This document shows positions 49,712 through 59,110 of a stretch of DNA of 63,367 bases, in pieces (positions within the stretch are counted from its first letter, which is position 1; the number at the start of each line of letters is the position of its first letter). The notes under the pieces were generated by a model that searched no databases, was not told where the DNA came from, and worked only from the letters and a program-made list of their open reading frames with translations. Source of the DNA: an uncultured Methanosarcinales archaeon (lineage in GTDB: Archaea; Nanobdellota; Nanobdellia; Woesearchaeales; ARS49); contig CAYIEN010000006.1 in the NCBI GenBank assembly GCA_964362535.1, forward strand, positions 1 to 63,367, read 5' to 3'. Position numbers and translations under genes: made by a program.

Positions 49712-51415
49712 TCAACGCTTCTTGCGGAAGCTCTGTTTGGCGCGATTAAGCGTCAGAAAACTAACTCCTGCTCCGATAAGAATTCCTGCAACGACTAATC
49801 CTACTTGTGACCACGGCACAACGATGCGCGGCAAGTTAGACTGCGCAAAATACACGTCTAATCCACTTAACTCGTTTGCATACTCGGCAAACAATAATGC
49901 GGAATACGGATCTTCCGTGCGCAATGCATTTGCATACTCAAAATAGGAATAACCAATAAGCGGGAAAATGCCTTGTGCTTGGGCTTTTGCAAGACTGCGT
50001 TGGGTAACATTCAATTTGATTGAGATAATGTCCTGCACGCGTGATTCTTCCACTCCTGTTACGGAAAGTAAAATGTCTGCTTCTGATTTCGCGCGGGAGG
50101 CATCATGCAAACAAACGATAAAATCGCCGGACTTTGCGCGTGCTTCTGCTCGGTCAAGTGTTTTACGTGTTTGTTTGAGTCCATCGGGATAGAATGATTC
50201 AACGTAGGCAAATCGTTCTTCTGCTTCGTTGATTTTTTCAAAGCAAGAATTAGCCAATGTTTGGTTATTCAGCACAAAGGTTTTGCCGCCTGCGCCAAAG
50301 AATTTGCTCCAGACTTGTGCGCTGTACGCGCGTTCTTCCGCATAAGCAAGTGCACCAGTATTCGGAACCTTTGATGATTCTATGAGTTCTACAACGGTTT
50401 CCTGTGCTTCAGCAATACGTTCTTGCACGAGCATAAACGTCTGCAAGTCAGTCATTGTTTGCAAGGGCTGTCCTTGGAGGTTTTTCTCTTGCACCGAAAG
50501 CTGCTTTACCAATATAACAAGGCGCTCGTCAAATTCTTTTTTGGTGATGCCTTTGAGTTCTGCTTCTTTTTGTTTGAGTGCCGCACGGAAACAATAGGAC
50601 GCAGACGCGTAGTATTCTGCTTGAGCGTAATATGTGTCAGCAAGTAAAGTCAAATTGAGCGCGTCAGGGACAAGCGCATTCTGTTTTGCGCGGTCACAAA
50701 GGTCCTGCGAAACTGCCTTCATAGTATTCTCAAAATTCTTGTCAAGCACAAATTCGTGGTCGGGCCTATCAATAGATTTTCCGGTGAAATACTTCAACGC
50801 GTCATCAAGGGTGGCGACTTCCACTACAGAAATACCTAGTTTTTTGCCAAGCTCAATCAAATCAACCGTGTCATTACCATCTTTATACACCGCAGTACCT
50901 GCAGGAATCAATACTGTTTTGATTCCTCCTTTTGCCGCAGCTTCTATCTTGTAGTTCACGCCACCAACCGGTCCAATCAGTCCGCCTGAATTAATCGTGC
51001 CGGTCATGGCGACAGTAGGGTCTAGTTTTCGGCCGTCAAGAAGCGCTGCGGCAAGAACGGATGCTGCTCCGCCTGCAGAGGGGCCGCCGATAATGCCTGG
51101 CGATGCTTGAATAGTGTAAAGGAAGTCAGTTTGAGTGCAATCAGTGTCAAGTTCGTCGCACGCAATTTGTTTCGCGAGTTGCAACGAAACTTGTGTTGCA
51201 ATCTTCGTTAAAGGAAAGGTTTCAAGGAAAACTCGCCCATAACCCTGAGTGGTCTCCAATGATAAATCAGCGAGAATGCCTGTGCTGTTACCGTTGTCAT
51301 CAAGCAAGGCAAGCAACTTGACCGTTCCTTTGTTGGCTGAAACGGGAACAATCAAGAGCAACGCAAGAAGTACCCAAACCGCCCATTTCATAGGGTTTAT
51401 TCGACGAGAACTCAT
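49712..51415 (-). CDS. Exported Lon-type (S16) serine protease domain protein without AAA+ module, C-terminal TM anchor
   Basis: Signal MKWAVWVLLALLLIVPVSA, GGPSAGGAAS...AMTGTI..GPVGGVNYKIEAA (Ser-Lys dyad context), about 330-aa helical region, C-terminal TM. Alternative start ATG 51391. Confidence 0.7.
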   Translation of the reverse strand: MSSRRINPMKWAVWVLLALLLIVPVSANKGTVKLLALLDDNGNSTGILADLSLETTQGYGRVFLETFPLTKIATQVSLQLAKQIACDELDTDCTQTDFLYTIQASPGIIGGPSAGGAASVLAAALLDGRKLDPTVAMTGTINSGGLIGPVGGVNYKIEAAAKGGIKTVLIPAGTAVYKDGNDTVDLIELGKKLGISVVEVATLDDALKYFTGKSIDRPDHEFVLDKNFENTMKAVSQDLCDRAKQNALVPDALNLTLLADTYYAQAEYYASASYCFRAALKQKEAELKGITKKEFDERLVILVKQLSVQEKNLQGQPLQTMTDLQTFMLVQERIAEAQETVVELIESSKVPNTGALAYAEERAYSAQVWSKFFGAGGKTFVLNNQTLANSCFEKINEAEERFAYVESFYPDGLKQTRKTLDRAEARAKSGDFIVCLHDASRAKSEADILLSVTGVEESRVQDIISIKLNVTQRSLAKAQAQGIFPLIGYSYFEYANALRTEDPYSALLFAEYANELSGLDVYFAQSNLPRIVVPWSQVGLVVAGILIGAGVSFLTLNRAKQSFRKKR

Positions 51416-51480
51416 TTATAAGGATTATGCTCTTCCATCCGTCACAAACCTTAATAAATTCCGACAACAAAAGAAATGCT

Positions 51481-51930
51481 ATGTGGAAGGACATGGTTCG
51501 TTGGGCGCTCAGGAGTTCTGGTCTTGAAGAATTCATGTTTCACACCGTGTTCATAGAACGCCCGGTCATGCAAACGATTATTGAGTTTGCGAAGCGTGCG
51601 CAGCCAAACGAATTCTCCGCTTATCTGCAAGGCAAAGTCACAAACCGCATTCTTTACGTCAAAGGTATTGTGTATGAACATTATCACGCGACAGAAAACC
51701 AGGCAGTTATCAGCGCAGATCTTCCATTACTCCATGAAGTCGTAGGCACCGTGCACAGTCATCCGAGCATGAACAACCTGCCGAGCGGGGTTGATAAACG
51801 CGGATTGTTCAAGATGGGTCTGGTTAATTTGATCATTTGTCAGCCGTATGGTTTCTCTCGCATTGCGGCGTATGACACTGCAGGGAAACCTCTTGATTTC
51901 ACGATTGTGGAAAAGGTCAAGGCGAAATGA
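51481..51930 (+). CDS. JAB/MPN (JAMM) metalloprotease-domain protein
   Basis: EFSAYLQG ... GTVHSHPSMNNLPSGVD (E...HxHx7Sx2D). Start uncertain (ATG 51481, 22 nt after TTAATAAA, or ATG 51535). ATGA overlap with polX. Confidence 0.6.
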   Translation: MWKDMVRWALRSSGLEEFMFHTVFIERPVMQTIIEFAKRAQPNEFSAYLQGKVTNRILYVKGIVYEHYHATENQAVISADLPLLHEVVGTVHSHPSMNNLPSGVDKRGLFKMGLVNLIICQPYGFSRIAAYDTAGKPLDFTIVEKVKAK

Positions 51931-53633
51931 CGAATCAGGAAATCGCAGCGATATTTTACGAAATGGCGGATTTGTGCGAGATTCTCAGCATTCAATGGAC
52001 GCCGAATGCGTACCGAAAGGCAGCACGATTCATCGAAACGCTCAGCAAACCTATTGACGAGATTTACAACAAGGGCGGCACGAAAGCGCTACAAGAACTG
52101 CCCAGCATAGGAAAAAACATAGCGAACAAGATTGAGGAGTTCATCAAAAAGGGCAAAGTCAAGGAGCTTGACGAGCTGAAGAAAAAGATTCCGAAAGGCG
52201 TCGACACGCTCCTGCATGTTCCTGGTTTGGGGCCGAAGAAAGCGTGGAGATTGTACAAAGAGCTCAACATCAAAAATCTGCGAGACCTCCAGAGAGCGGC
52301 AGAATCCCACAAAATCAGTAAACTAGAAGGTTTCGGCGAAAAAAGCGAAACAGAAATACTCCAAAGCATTGACCTCGTGCAGGAAGGCGAAACACGAAAG
52401 CTGCTCATCTACGGTCTTGCTGCTGCGAGAGAAATCGAGCACCGCCTCAAAGGTATTCCTGGCGTGCAACAAGTCCAATTCGCAGGCAGTGTCCGTCGCA
52501 GAAAAGAAACCATTGCAGACATTGACATTCTCGTTACAAGCAAAAATCCGAAGCAAGTCATGAGTTATTTCACCACTATGCAGGATGTCAAGAAGATTTT
52601 GGCGAACGGCCCGACCAAATCAGCAGTTCTTCTCAACAGCGGAATGCAGGCAGATGTAAGAGTTGTTGACGAAAAGTCGTTCGGCGCGGCATTGCAATAC
52701 TTCACGGGCAGTAAAGAGCACAACGTCCGACTGCGACAGATTGCTATCAACAAAGGTCTCAAACTCAACGAATACGGTCTCTTCAAAGGCGCAACAATAG
52801 TGGCTGGCAAGACAGAACAGGACATTTACAAAAAGCTCGGACTTCCGTTCATCGAGCCCGAGCTACGAGAGAACAATGGCGAGTTTGAGGCAAAACAGCT
52901 TCCGAACCTCATCAATTACGATGATATGCGCGGCGACTGCCATATGCACACAACGGCGAGCGACGGCGCGAATACGGCTGAAGAGATGGTGAAGGCAGCC
53001 ATCGCAAAAGGCTACGAATACGTCGCGATTACGGACCACAGTAAAAGTTCGTACATCGCAAACGGCCTTGACGAAAAACGTTTGCACAAACACCACGCAG
53101 CACTCGACGCATTGCAAAAAAAGTACGGTGACATCACGATTCTCAAAGGCAGCGAGGTCGACATCAAGAGCAATGGCGAACTTGACTATTCCCCTGCAAT
53201 TCTCAAAGATATTGACGTAGTCATGGCAAGTGTGCATCAGCGATTCAAGATGACTCGAGATGAAGCAACAAAGCGCTATCTGAAAGCCATTAGTTTAGGA
53301 CACATTACGTGCATCAGTCACCCTTCAGGCAGGCTTATCCACGAGCGTGAAGCGTTTGAGTTTGATATCGAAAAAGTTGCAATAGCTGCAAAAGAAGCAG
53401 GCGTTGCATTAGAAATCAACAGTTCTCCAAGCAGATTAGACCTCAAGGACACACACATCAAGATTGCGAAAGAATTCGGCGCAAAGTTCCTCATCAACAC
53501 GGACAGCCACAGCACGGAACATCTCAGATTCATGGAACTCGGAATAGCACAAGCAAGGAGAGGCTGGCTGGAAGCGAAAGACGTGCTCAACACGCTGCCG
53601 GTGAAGAAGTTCTTACGGGCAATACAGAAATAA
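51927..53633 (+). CDS. polX: Family X DNA polymerase with C-terminal PHP domain
   Basis: HhH-rich N-terminus ([31 protein letters not shown]), [16 protein letters not shown] catalytic Asp pair, [13 protein letters not shown]...ITDHS. Confidence 0.85.
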   Translation: MTNQEIAAIFYEMADLCEILSIQWTPNAYRKAARFIETLSKPIDEIYNKGGTKALQELPSIGKNIANKIEEFIKKGKVKELDELKKKIPKGVDTLLHVPGLGPKKAWRLYKELNIKNLRDLQRAAESHKISKLEGFGEKSETEILQSIDLVQEGETRKLLIYGLAAAREIEHRLKGIPGVQQVQFAGSVRRRKETIADIDILVTSKNPKQVMSYFTTMQDVKKILANGPTKSAVLLNSGMQADVRVVDEKSFGAALQYFTGSKEHNVRLRQIAINKGLKLNEYGLFKGATIVAGKTEQDIYKKLGLPFIEPELRENNGEFEAKQLPNLINYDDMRGDCHMHTTASDGANTAEEMVKAAIAKGYEYVAITDHSKSSYIANGLDEKRLHKHHAALDALQKKYGDITILKGSEVDIKSNGELDYSPAILKDIDVVMASVHQRFKMTRDEATKRYLKAISLGHITCISHPSGRLIHEREAFEFDIEKVAIAAKEAGVALEINSSPSRLDLKDTHIKIAKEFGAKFLINTDSHSTEHLRFMELGIAQARRGWLEAKDVLNTLPVKKFLRAIQK

Positions 53634-53690
53634 TCATTGTTTATACCCCTATCAAAAAGATTTAAATACAGCAGAACAGATTAAGAAAAC

Positions 53691-54077
53691 ATGGGAAAAA
53701 TTCAAAAAACGGTGCTGGCAGAATCCTACACCCTGAATTTTGCCGGGCTCAATGTTCAATTTCCTTCTACCATAATGACGCAAGTCATCCTAGATAAGAA
53801 TGGCACATACAAATCCAGCGTATGGTTAGAGTGCAACATGGAACTAGGAGCATTCATTCTGAAAGTATTTTTTGAAGAGCTTCTTTCAGTTCAAGCGAAA
53901 AACCCGTGGATCGCAATGCTTTCAGAACTCGAGAATGCATTTCCTAAGTTCAAAATGTTACCTCGCTTCAAAGCCAAAGGCGCATTACCAATAAATGCGC
54001 AACTCGAGATTACGCAAAGCGTCTCTGATGCCTGCGCGGCATACAATAAACTAATCAAAATTCTTTCTAAATACTAA
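53691..54077 (+). CDS. Hypothetical protein
   Basis: 128-aa ORF, leaderless after GATTTAAATAC. No motif recognised. Confidence 0.4.
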   Translation: MGKIQKTVLAESYTLNFAGLNVQFPSTIMTQVILDKNGTYKSSVWLECNMELGAFILKVFFEELLSVQAKNPWIAMLSELENAFPKFKMLPRFKAKGALPINAQLEITQSVSDACAAYNKLIKILSKY

Positions 54078-54101
54078 ATTTCTTGACAGACCATTTGAAA
54101 C

Positions 54102-54662
54102 TCAGTATTCTTCCTGAAACTGTCCGAACAAAATCAATTCAACAATCGTCTTTCCTAACACGTCTCTGTGCGTGTATTGCGTCTTCAGCTCAATAGAAGG
54201 AAAGTGTTTACGAAGGGAATCGACAAGCAGCGCTTTGTCGTCTTTGGAAATCGTGCTCATGACATGAACTAAACCAAGTGTTGCATCGCGACCAGAAATA
54301 TCCGCAAGTGAGTTTGTCAGAAAAGGTTTCAATTTGTGCGTATCAAGTGTTGAAAAGGATTCTTTCCTATCAGCATCCACGACGCGTACGTTCTCAAAGG
54401 ATAATTTGCGATACAGCATTCCTCGTTCAGCGCGAGCTGCCTGTTTGACGAATTCCATTGCGGCAGGCGAACTTCGCAATTCGTCAGACAATTGCCAAAC
54501 AAAGGGATCATACTCGACCGTTTCTTGGCGACGAATGGTTTCAATCAACTTACGAACTTCGCGTAAAGAACTTACCGAGTCTGGTACATTAAGATCGAGA
54601 ACGATGCCAGGGATGTTTACCTGTGCTTTGATGCGTCCTCTTTTGACAACGAGCTTGTCCAC
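54102..54662 (-). CDS. Hypothetical protein
   Basis: 186-aa ORF. No motif recognised. Confidence 0.4.
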   Translation of the reverse strand: MDKLVVKRGRIKAQVNIPGIVLDLNVPDSVSSLREVRKLIETIRRQETVEYDPFVWQLSDELRSSPAAMEFVKQAARAERGMLYRKLSFENVRVVDADRKESFSTLDTHKLKPFLTNSLADISGRDATLGLVHVMSTISKDDKALLVDSLRKHFPSIELKTQYTHRDVLGKTIVELILFGQFQEEY

Positions 54663-54741
54663 GATTATTATGATGTTCTTTTTGTTTAAATAGTTTTGTG
54701 TGGTGCAAAACTCTTTTAAACAAACAGATAAACAAATCTGT

Positions 54742-55044
54742 ATGCATCACAGCATCAAAGGAGTTGTTTGTACGTCGGGATGGTCGAAATTCCGTGGTTT
54801 GATGTTTTCAAAAAGAAAAACGTTGATTTTCGAATTCAAAGAAGACACGAACGTGCCATTGCACATGCTGTTTGTTTTTTTCCCGATTGATGTTTTGTTC
54901 TTAAATGAAAAAAAGACGGTTCTTGAAGTGAAAAAGAACTTTATGCCGTTCACGTTTTACTCGCCGAAGCACAAAGCAAGATATGTGATCGAGATTCCGA
55001 GTCCGACGGATTTTGCTGTCGGTGACGTCGTAACCTTTAAATAA
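54742..55044 (+). CDS. DUF192 family protein
   Basis: RGLMFSKRK...PLHMLFVFFPIDVLFLNEKKTVLEV. ATG 54742 is 22 nt after TTTTAAAC; the track start 54700 is a GTG. Confidence 0.55.
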   Translation: MHHSIKGVVCTSGWSKFRGLMFSKRKTLIFEFKEDTNVPLHMLFVFFPIDVLFLNEKKTVLEVKKNFMPFTFYSPKHKARYVIEIPSPTDFAVGDVVTFK

Positions 55045-55070
55045 CGTGTTCGAGGATTCTCAGTATTGTC

Positions 55071-55143
55071 GGGAACATCGTCCAACCTGGTAGGACGGCC
55101 GCCTCCAGAGCGGCTAATCGGGGTTCAAATCCTCGTGTTCCCA
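55071..55143 (+). tRNA. tRNA-Trp (anticodon CCA), no intron
   Basis: Acceptor GGGAACA/TGTTCCC, anticodon arm GCCGC-CTCCAGA-GCGGC, T arm CGGGG-TTCAAAT-CCTCG. The CCTTTAAATAAC promoter overlaps the DUF192 stop. Confidence 0.85.
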
Positions 55144-55530
55144 TCACTTTTTCTTAAACCCTAACGCACAGCTATTGATGCAGAATCTCTTACCTGTAGC
55201 TGTAGGTCCGTCATCAAAGACGTGTCCAAGGTGGCCTTTGCACTTTGCACAAACGACTTCGACGCGTTTCATGCCCATCGAAACGTCAGTATGCTGTTCA
55301 ACAGCGCCAGGGAGAGCCTTATCAAAGCTCGGCCAGCCAGTGCCTGAATCGAATTTAGAATCGGAAGGAAAAAGGTCAGCCCCACAACCGCCGCATTGGT
55401 ACGTTCCTTTATCCTTATTGTAAAGTAATTTACCGGTGCCGGGCATTTCCGTGCCTTTCTCTCGTAAAATATGATACTGATCAGAGCTTAATTTCTTCTT
55501 CCAATCCGTTTCGGTTTTAGGCATGGGCAT
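55144..55530 (-). CDS. msrB: Peptide-methionine (R)-S-oxide reductase MsrB
   Basis: Zinc Cys pairs CGGCG / CAKCKGHLGHVFDDGP, GWPSF, catalytic RFCINS. Confidence 0.9.
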   Translation of the reverse strand: MPMPKTETDWKKKLSSDQYHILREKGTEMPGTGKLLYNKDKGTYQCGGCGADLFPSDSKFDSGTGWPSFDKALPGAVEQHTDVSMGMKRVEVVCAKCKGHLGHVFDDGPTATGKRFCINSCALGFKKK

Positions 55531-55562
55531 GAAGTAATAGAAAGAATGAAGGTATTTATGTC

Positions 55563-56438
55563 TTATGTGAGAGGTACGGTTTCGGGAATGTCTGCGGTGT
55601 GTTTGTATCGTTCAAGTCCGTTATAGCTTACGCGAAGATGTTCGATAGTCGCGGTCTTTGTTTGAACGGTATTGTGGTTTGCGCGGATGAGGTCGCTTAT
55701 TTTTTGGGGGTCTCGCGTTTGAGGAGTGCGGGATTTGAACTGAACATGTTTACCAAGCAAGACTTCCAGCGTACCTTTGCCAACGTCTGCTTTCCATTGT
55801 CGAATGAATTTTGTTTGAGAGCCTGCGTAGCCTTCTTTGACGGTGTCAATGACATTGAAATCGAATTTTCTGAAATGTTCTTCAAACGATTGTACTTTTT
55901 CTGCGCGATTCACATCGGTAAGATACTGTGTTGCTCCAAACAATGCAACACGATGATTGGAAAAAGCGGAGGAAGCGCCGTATTTTGCGAGTATTCCTTT
56001 TACTGCGGAAGTTGCGCTAATGACTAGATTGTGTTGTGATGCATGAGATTCATAAACATCTTGCGGTAGGTGTGCAATCAATGCAAATCGTGGTTCAAAG
56101 TAAAAAATTGCCGCAACAAGACCAAAATTGACTTCAGGGACGGAAAGGGTGTGTTCGCCTCCTGCAGCGACATAAAACCTGGAAGGTATTTTGACAACAC
56201 CATCTTGTAAAAGGGATTCGTGAGGAACATCTAAGGGGCCTCCGAGGGATTCGATTTTGGGTCTGGGAGTATCAATCTTAGAAACGTCAATGAACCCTGA
56301 TTTTTTCTGGCGCGATTCATTCTCGTTTTTGATGTATGCGTCGACTTCTTTGAGGCTCATTGATTGTTTATCAAAGATACGGCCAATACGTAGAAGTCCA
56401 GAAGGAAAAACCGGAGTGGGTTCGTTGGTTTCAGGCAC
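55563..56438 (-). CDS. Hypothetical protein, last gene of the surface-protein locus
   Basis: 291-aa ORF. GTG start 3 nt after the stop of the 868-aa gene. No signal peptide or motif recognised. Confidence 0.4.
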   Translation of the reverse strand: MPETNEPTPVFPSGLLRIGRIFDKQSMSLKEVDAYIKNENESRQKKSGFIDVSKIDTPRPKIESLGGPLDVPHESLLQDGVVKIPSRFYVAAGGEHTLSVPEVNFGLVAAIFYFEPRFALIAHLPQDVYESHASQHNLVISATSAVKGILAKYGASSAFSNHRVALFGATQYLTDVNRAEKVQSFEEHFRKFDFNVIDTVKEGYAGSQTKFIRQWKADVGKGTLEVLLGKHVQFKSRTPQTRDPQKISDLIRANHNTVQTKTATIEHLRVSYNGLERYKHTADIPETVPLT

Positions 56439-56441
56439 GTC

Positions 56442-59048
56442 TTATCCCTTGACATGCACTCTGCGATATTCGAGTATCGAGATGAGCACGACAAGCAGGA
56501 TGATGCCTGTTACGATATATAAGGAATAGTGTTCCAGACCAGCTAAAAGGTTTGTCCAGAACGTCGGTTCAGCAACGTCGCGGACGGTCAAGGAAACGAC
56601 ATTGGAAGTGACTTTGCCGCCTTTGCCATCAGTGGCAGTAAAGGAAGTTGTGGCCGTTCCAAACCAGTCTTTCTCAGGCATCAACATTGCTTTGTTGCCA
56701 GAAATCGTGACGATGATGTGCGGTATAGGCGTGTATGTATAGACGAGCGCATCGCCGTCGGGGTCTTTGAAGTACGTGCCCAAGTCGAGCGTTAAGCGGG
56801 TGTCTTCGTCCCATGCTTGCGCAGGGATGCCGGTTGCGGTTGGAGAAACGCCAATAACATTGGTTCCTGCATTGCCTGCGTGGGCGACGTACCATGTGCC
56901 GGCAAGGATTGCTGCGATGATGACTATGCCGAAGATGACGAACCACCAGCCGGGCGCCATGCCTGTTGCTTCTGCGGGAAGTTTGCTTTTGCCCACAATT
57001 GCGAACGTGGTAAGACCTTCAGATGATGCTTTGTAGTAGACCCATTTTTTGTCCGAGCGTACTTTTTCGGTGCCGATACCTTTCCAGCCGTCGGGAGTTT
57101 CGCGCATGAGCTTGATGCTGCCTTCGGAGACTTGGCGTGATGCAAGCCAGCGTTGTGAGACTCGGAAGACGAAGCGTTCGCTTTCGATGAGGTCTTCGTT
57201 GAGGTTTTCTGCGCTGACGTTGATGTATTGGTAGACTTCTCCTTCAGGAGCTGATGCGCTTCCAGGGTAGGTTTTGCTGCCGCGCAACGTCATGGTGACG
57301 TTGGGGACGACTTGCGAGACACGCAGCCAGAGTTGGCCGAGGCCGTGTTTCCAGCCGGTTTCGATTTCGTTTTCTCTACGAGGCTTGAGGGCTGTCCAGG
57401 ATTGTTTGACAATCTTGGTGCCGCGAAGCATCATGAACAAGATGATAATAAAAATAGCGACAAGCAGTACAACAAGTCCTACCCATGCGGCGGACTGGTT
57501 TGCAATCAAGTAAGTGCGGAATCCGTATGCAACAACGCCTGCAACTAAGAGCAATAATACAAGGAGGAACCACCAAATACCTTTGCCGTGTCGAACGACC
57601 GTGTCGCCGACGAGTGATTCTTTGGAGACAAGGACGTTATTTGCTTTGAGTTCGCGTTCGGCTTCTTTCTTTGCTTTGGCGTGTTCTTTGGCTAATTTGG
57701 CGTCGAGGGCTGCTTTTTCTTTTGCCTTTTGTGCTTTAACGCGTTCAGCTTCTTGCTTCTTGCGTTCTGCTTCCTTTTCTTTGCGTGCCAATTCTTTCTG
57801 TTTTTCTTTTTCGGCTTTGTCTTTTGCTTTTTGTTTTGCCTTTTCGGAGTTTTCGGCTTCGCGTTGTTTTGCGAGCGCTGCTGCAATACGCGCTCGTTCG
57901 GCTTTCTTTTGCTGGTATTCAGGAGTCTTGGTGTAAGCAATCCATTTCAACAAAAGCAAAACAAGAACAATAATGATGATGATTGCTGCAAAAATAATAA
58001 GAACGGTCAATGCTTTGTGGGTCTCAAACCAGTTGTAGTCGCGAATGTTGGCCGTGAAGGGGAATTCGTACGTGATGCCTTTGACGGTCGCGCCCAAGAC
58101 GCCAGGGTATTTTCCTTGTTCAATGGTTCCTTTTGCGGACAGAGTGAGAGTTGTTTCACTATCTGCAGGTAAGGTGACGGTCTTCGGAGTAACAACGATG
58201 GAGTCTGTTTCGGTAACGAGCAAGGTATAATTTGCGGTCGAGACGCCAGTGTTTGCGAGAGTGATGTTGACAGATGTCTTCGTTGAGGTCATGCGCAAGT
58301 CATCGAAGGTTACGTCAGGAATGAATGCGTTCGTTACGGTGAAGGTTGCAGGCAACGTTGCGTGGACATCGGTTGTCGCGGCAGTGCCAGTAATATCAAA
58401 GGGCATTTCGCCAGACCATGTGCAGTCCGTAGGTGTTACAAACACGTTGATGGTGCCGCTTTGTCCAGGTGCAAGAATAATATCGTTCGTTGAGAATGTT
58501 GCGATGTCAGTGATGCTTTTACTGACGGTTAATGCGTACGTGTCAGGGAACGGACCGATGTTTGTAATGGTAACAGGGAAGGTTGCTTTACCGCAGGGCA
58601 AGACTGTTTGGTCTGCGAAAGAAGTTAACTGTACGTTCTGAGGAATAGCCACCGTAACGTGCTGTTTGATGGATGCTTGTTCGCCAAATGCGGTTGTTAC
58701 AAACGTTTCGAGAGAATAGCCACTGCCGGGTTGGGCGTTGACAGGAATGTTCAAGAGTGCTTGAATTTGTTGTGTTTGTCCGGGTTGCAGGGTGAACTGC
58801 AACGGGTTCATTTTTGTCCAGGAAGCAACAGCAGAATCGGTTGCGGTCAAGGAATAACTAGACGCAATGTTACCAGTATTCGTAACGACAAATTGAGTGG
58901 AGTGTAAGGTGCCTTGGAAGACGGTATAAGATGTATCGCCACGAAGCGTAAAATCTTCAATATACTGAGGAGAAGTTTGGGCAGAGACAGAAACGGAAAG
59001 TAAAATGGCAAGTAAGAATAGAATGGATGTGTATGTGCTTACTTTCAT
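56442..59048 (-). CDS. 868-aa mosaic membrane/surface protein (Ig-like repeats, K/E-rich segment, PGF-pre-PGF-like domain, cadherin-like module, about 5 hydrophobic spans)
   Basis: Signal MKVSTYTSILFLLAILLSVSVSA. COG1470-like beta repeats. KAKQKAKDKAEKEKQKE... PGF-pre-PGF-like PEGEVYQYINV..FVFRVSQRWL..LTTFAIVGK. DPDGDALVYTYTP. C-terminal TM. Confidence 0.65.
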   Translation of the reverse strand: MKVSTYTSILFLLAILLSVSVSAQTSPQYIEDFTLRGDTSYTVFQGTLHSTQFVVTNTGNIASSYSLTATDSAVASWTKMNPLQFTLQPGQTQQIQALLNIPVNAQPGSGYSLETFVTTAFGEQASIKQHVTVAIPQNVQLTSFADQTVLPCGKATFPVTITNIGPFPDTYALTVSKSITDIATFSTNDIILAPGQSGTINVFVTPTDCTWSGEMPFDITGTAATTDVHATLPATFTVTNAFIPDVTFDDLRMTSTKTSVNITLANTGVSTANYTLLVTETDSIVVTPKTVTLPADSETTLTLSAKGTIEQGKYPGVLGATVKGITYEFPFTANIRDYNWFETHKALTVLIIFAAIIIIIVLVLLLLKWIAYTKTPEYQQKKAERARIAAALAKQREAENSEKAKQKAKDKAEKEKQKELARKEKEAERKKQEAERVKAQKAKEKAALDAKLAKEHAKAKKEAERELKANNVLVSKESLVGDTVVRHGKGIWWFLLVLLLLVAGVVAYGFRTYLIANQSAAWVGLVVLLVAIFIIILFMMLRGTKIVKQSWTALKPRRENEIETGWKHGLGQLWLRVSQVVPNVTMTLRGSKTYPGSASAPEGEVYQYINVSAENLNEDLIESERFVFRVSQRWLASRQVSEGSIKLMRETPDGWKGIGTEKVRSDKKWVYYKASSEGLTTFAIVGKSKLPAEATGMAPGWWFVIFGIVIIAAILAGTWYVAHAGNAGTNVIGVSPTATGIPAQAWDEDTRLTLDLGTYFKDPDGDALVYTYTPIPHIIVTISGNKAMLMPEKDWFGTATTSFTATDGKGGKVTSNVVSLTVRDVAEPTFWTNLLAGLEHYSLYIVTGIILLVVLISILEYRRVHVKG

Positions 59049-59080
59049 TGCTCATTCCCCCCATATACTGTTTCTGAACT

Positions 59081-59104
59081 AAAAAATAAAAATAAAAAAA
59101 CAAA
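59081..59104 (-). terminator. Oligo-T terminator after the S-layer-like gene
   Basis: Minus strand TTTGTTTTTTTATTTTTATTTTTT, starting 7 nt after the stop of gene 59111. Confidence 0.5.
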
Positions 59105-59110
59105 GGTACT

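Noticed and set aside
8386-55143. Looked for tRNA introns, split or permuted tRNAs, and encoded CCA in the six tRNA genes.
   Set aside because: All six fold as continuous 72-74-nt cloverleaves with 7-nt anticodon loops. None shows a bulge-helix-bulge insertion and none encodes CCA.
57514-57973. Repetitive-looking stretch and several ORFs on both strands; considered as a tandem repeat or CRISPR-like array.
   Set aside because: It is the K/E/A low-complexity segment of the 868-aa protein (AAG/GAA/GCN codon runs). There is no unit of fixed length and no spacer structure.
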